A stretch of 10,407 nucleotides of DNA from Azolla caroliniana (lineage: Eukaryota > Plantae > Polypodiophyta): NCBI GenBank assembly GCA_043228905.1, contig JBHGNT010001275.1, forward strand, positions 1 to 10,407. The letters are read 5' to 3'. The position numbers were made by a program, and so were the translations under genes. Below, one piece after another: positions 8,092-10,407 of this stretch; position 1 is the stretch's first letter, and the number at the start of each line of letters is the position of its first letter. The notes under the pieces were generated by a model, which was not told the DNA's origin, did not search any database, and was given only the letters and a program-made list of their open reading frames with translations.

Positions 8092-8414
8092 TGTAAGAAA
8101 AGTTTAGAACATAATGGGTTGGATTGACAACATAGAACGAGAGAGAGTTTTCGAAGAATGTAGAACAAGGTAAGATATTATATTAAGACAGGTGTATTAC
8201 AATGTAAGAACCTACAGGAAACTCTAGATGTAGTATCACACACATTTCTAAACAATACTTCATACATATATATATACAAAGAAGTAACAACTAGCCGTTA
8301 CTTCTTTGTAACTCTTGTTTTGTCTTTTCCTTATTGTCTTTTGTAACTCATATTTTGTCTTTATCCTCATAACTCATGTTTTATCATTTGTGGTGTAAAC
8401 AGGTAATCTTAACA
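8092..8414 (-). repeat. 3' LTR of element B (about 323 bp)
   Basis: Begins TGTTAAGA at 8414 right after the PPT and ends TTTTCTTACA at 8092, giving an inverted terminal match. Contains a (TA)n TATA-like run at 8266-8276. The left boundary is unconfirmed without the partner LTR; an alternative TCTTACA end lies at 8203. Confidence 0.75.
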
Positions 8415-8423
8415 CCCCCCCGT
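8415..8423 (-). other. Polypurine tract of element B
   Basis: Minus strand ACGGGGGGG abutting TGTTAAG, about 20 bp after the pol stop. Confidence 0.85.
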
Positions 8424-8441
8424 AGATGTGACACCACCAAC

Positions 8442-9700
8442 TCATCTATTTGGATGAATACTTAATCCAATATGGTGGTAGCAATTCCAATGTTTTGCGT
8501 TGGGTACTGGCTTGGTAAGAAAATCAGCCCACATAGTTTGTGTTGAAGTATGTCCAATCGAGAGGTTAGATTCTTCAAGAAGTTCTGAGATGAAGTGATG
8601 TCGTGCGCGGATATGCTTGTTTTGCTCTATGATCTTGGGCTCCTTAGTGATTTTAATGCAGGATTGGTTGTCACACCATAACTTGAATTCAGAAATTTTG
8701 AGGATGGCAAGTTCATCAATGATGGACTTCAACCATAATCCTTCCTTAGTAGTGAGAGTAGTTGCTATATATTTTGCTTCAATGGAAGAGAGGGCGACAA
8801 TAGCTTGTTTCTTTGTTCTCCATGAAATGGCACCACCTGCAAATAGGAATACATAGCTAGAGGTGGATCGAGAGGTATCCTTGTCCCCCCCCAATCTGCA
8901 TCCGTCCAACCATGTAGTGGTGTTGATAGCCAGCCTTGGATATTTGAATGTTGGGCTTTAGAGTATGATGTGTAAGTAGGTGTCATATCCCTTGTGTACT
9001 TCAAATACCGTAATACTCTTTTAAGTGCTTTCCAATGGTTAACTCCTAGATTCTCCATGAATCTTTATAGGTACCCAGTGGCAAAAGATAAGTCGGTTCG
9101 AGTGCAGCTGACGAGGTATCGAATGCGCCCCAACACTTGGCGATACAGGATATTCTTCATAAAGTAAGTTGCTTCAATTGTATGTGTGAATCTTCAGATG
9201 ATAATTTGCATGGTACTGCGAGGTGAGTGGAGATTGGAGAACACTCAAACATATCAAACTTGGTTAGTATATTATCAACAGAGTTCGATTCCTTTTTACA
9301 TGAATCCCAAGAAAATATTCTAGTGGCCCAAGATGTTTGATTGGGAATTGTTGTCGTAACTCTACAATAAATTCCATTACCAAGTCTTCTGATGTCCCAA
9401 CAATAGGTAAATCATCCACATAGACTCCCAAGAGTAAGAATTCTATTTTTGTTTTCTTTATGTATATATTACGTTCCGATTGAAGTTGTTGAAATTTGAT
9501 TGATAAGAGGAACCTATGAAACTTGGCATACTATTGTCTACGGGATTGTTTTAGGCCACGGTACTAATGTCCATGTGTGATTCTTTTGGAGTGCTAAGAA
9601 TTCAGATTTAATTGCCGCAACCCAATTGTCTTTTTCTTTACTTTTTTTAATGCTTGCTTGAAGGTGAGAATTGGAGTTGTGTCGTAGTTGTCTCCTTCGA
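8442..9700 (-). pseudogene. Copia RT and RNase H of element B, with frameshifts and a large RT deletion
   Basis: WVAAIKSEFLALQKNHTWTLVP, GLKQSRRQ*Y, LGVYVDDL (YVDD 9411-9422), YFLGI, HWKALKRVLRYLK, GWTDADWGG, ISWRTKKQAIVALSSIEAKY, WCDNQS, WADFLTKP. Frameshift in the C8 run at 8885-8892. Confidence 0.93.
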
Positions 9701-10407
9701 TGATGGCTGCAAAGATGGATATGTCGGACTCCGTCTCTGTTACGAAGTGACATGTTGACTTTTCAAGCACCTCATCCTTAGTTGCATCATAGATATCACT
9801 AAGTAACCTTACCTTAGTCTTTTTAGCCCTAATTTCTTTTTCTTTTAAGGTTGTTTTGGAGAGGTTGCAGGTTTTTAGGCGGGCGAGATCCATATTCTCA
9901 CATGGAGGATGCACAGGGTTGAATGTGGTCGCCAGTCATATGCTCAGGTTCAAGGCTTCAAGTAATATATTGGGCAGTGGATTGATTGTTGCTTTCGAGG
10001 CTTCGGTCATACACTTTTTCACCTTTGGGGCTTTGAGCATCAGATTGGCGAACAAATTGACTACCAATTTTGAGATTTTGAGGATACTCTGAGGTGTAGG
10101 GTTGTAGGTGACCTGAACTTGTATGTTCAGATTCACAATTTCGACATTCGGATGTTGAGGAAGAGCTGTTGGGTTGTTGGCGGTGCACTAGCACATCCTC
10201 AGGTTCGAGACTTTGAGTGGCTGATTTGGTGATCATAGGCTTGGTGGCGGTCTTCGCAACATAGATTCCCAACCCCTCATCTTGAATGGTTAAGATCTGA
10301 GAATGAGGGAATTGGTTGAGTTTCTCTCCTCTGTTTTCTGTTGCATTAGTTGTTGGCGCACCATGATTGTTGTGTAGTTCGGCGTTGATGATGTTCGTCC
10401 CATGATT
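9700..10407 (-). pseudogene. Low-complexity IN-RT linker of element B pol
   Basis: S/T/Q/P/K-rich minus-strand ORF fragments (9958-10272, 9594-9914) running into the start of RT. No domain motif recognised. Confidence 0.55.

Larger units (their letters stand above)
8092..10407 (-). mobile_element. Second Ty1/copia element (element B), 3' half, defective, continuing beyond the window
   Basis: RT and RNase H remnants followed by a PPT and an LTR. Its LTR does not resemble the element A LTR. Confidence 0.93.

Noticed and set aside
8305-8390. Spaced repeats that look superficially CRISPR-like
   Set aside because: Only three degenerate units with 7-16 bp spacers inside a eukaryotic LTR, and no cas genes.
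9594-10272. Possible env-like or extra ORF in element B
   Set aside because: It lies upstream of RT in the IN-RT linker position, is hydrophilic, and has no transmembrane segment.

Overview
The whole window is plant-type repetitive DNA: a nest of decayed LTR retrotransposons with no host gene. (1) 160-5741 (-) is a near full-length Ty1/copia element (element A). It has paired LTRs about 97% identical, a tRNA-iMet PBS, a PPT and a gag-PR-IN-RT-RH pseudogene. (2) Its gag is split by a 362-bp solo LTR of another family with a perfect 5-bp TSD (4703-5064). (3) Its 3' LTR lacks the last 5 bp and is fused tail-to-tail to an oppositely oriented LTR of a related family (1-159), making a long imperfect inverted repeat. 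(4) 5742-8091 (-) is an older Ty3/gypsy remnant (gag, protease, probable leader/PBS/LTR piece) that probably hosts the copia insertions. (5) 8092-10407 (-) is the 3' half of a second, unrelated copia element (element B) whose RT core is deleted. The most unusual signals are the LTR-end-to-LTR-end junction, a duplicated PPT with a pol C-terminal extension, and conserved LTR hairpins. No intact protein-coding gene, RNA gene or CRISPR array is supported, and I cannot claim a new biological system from this window alone.
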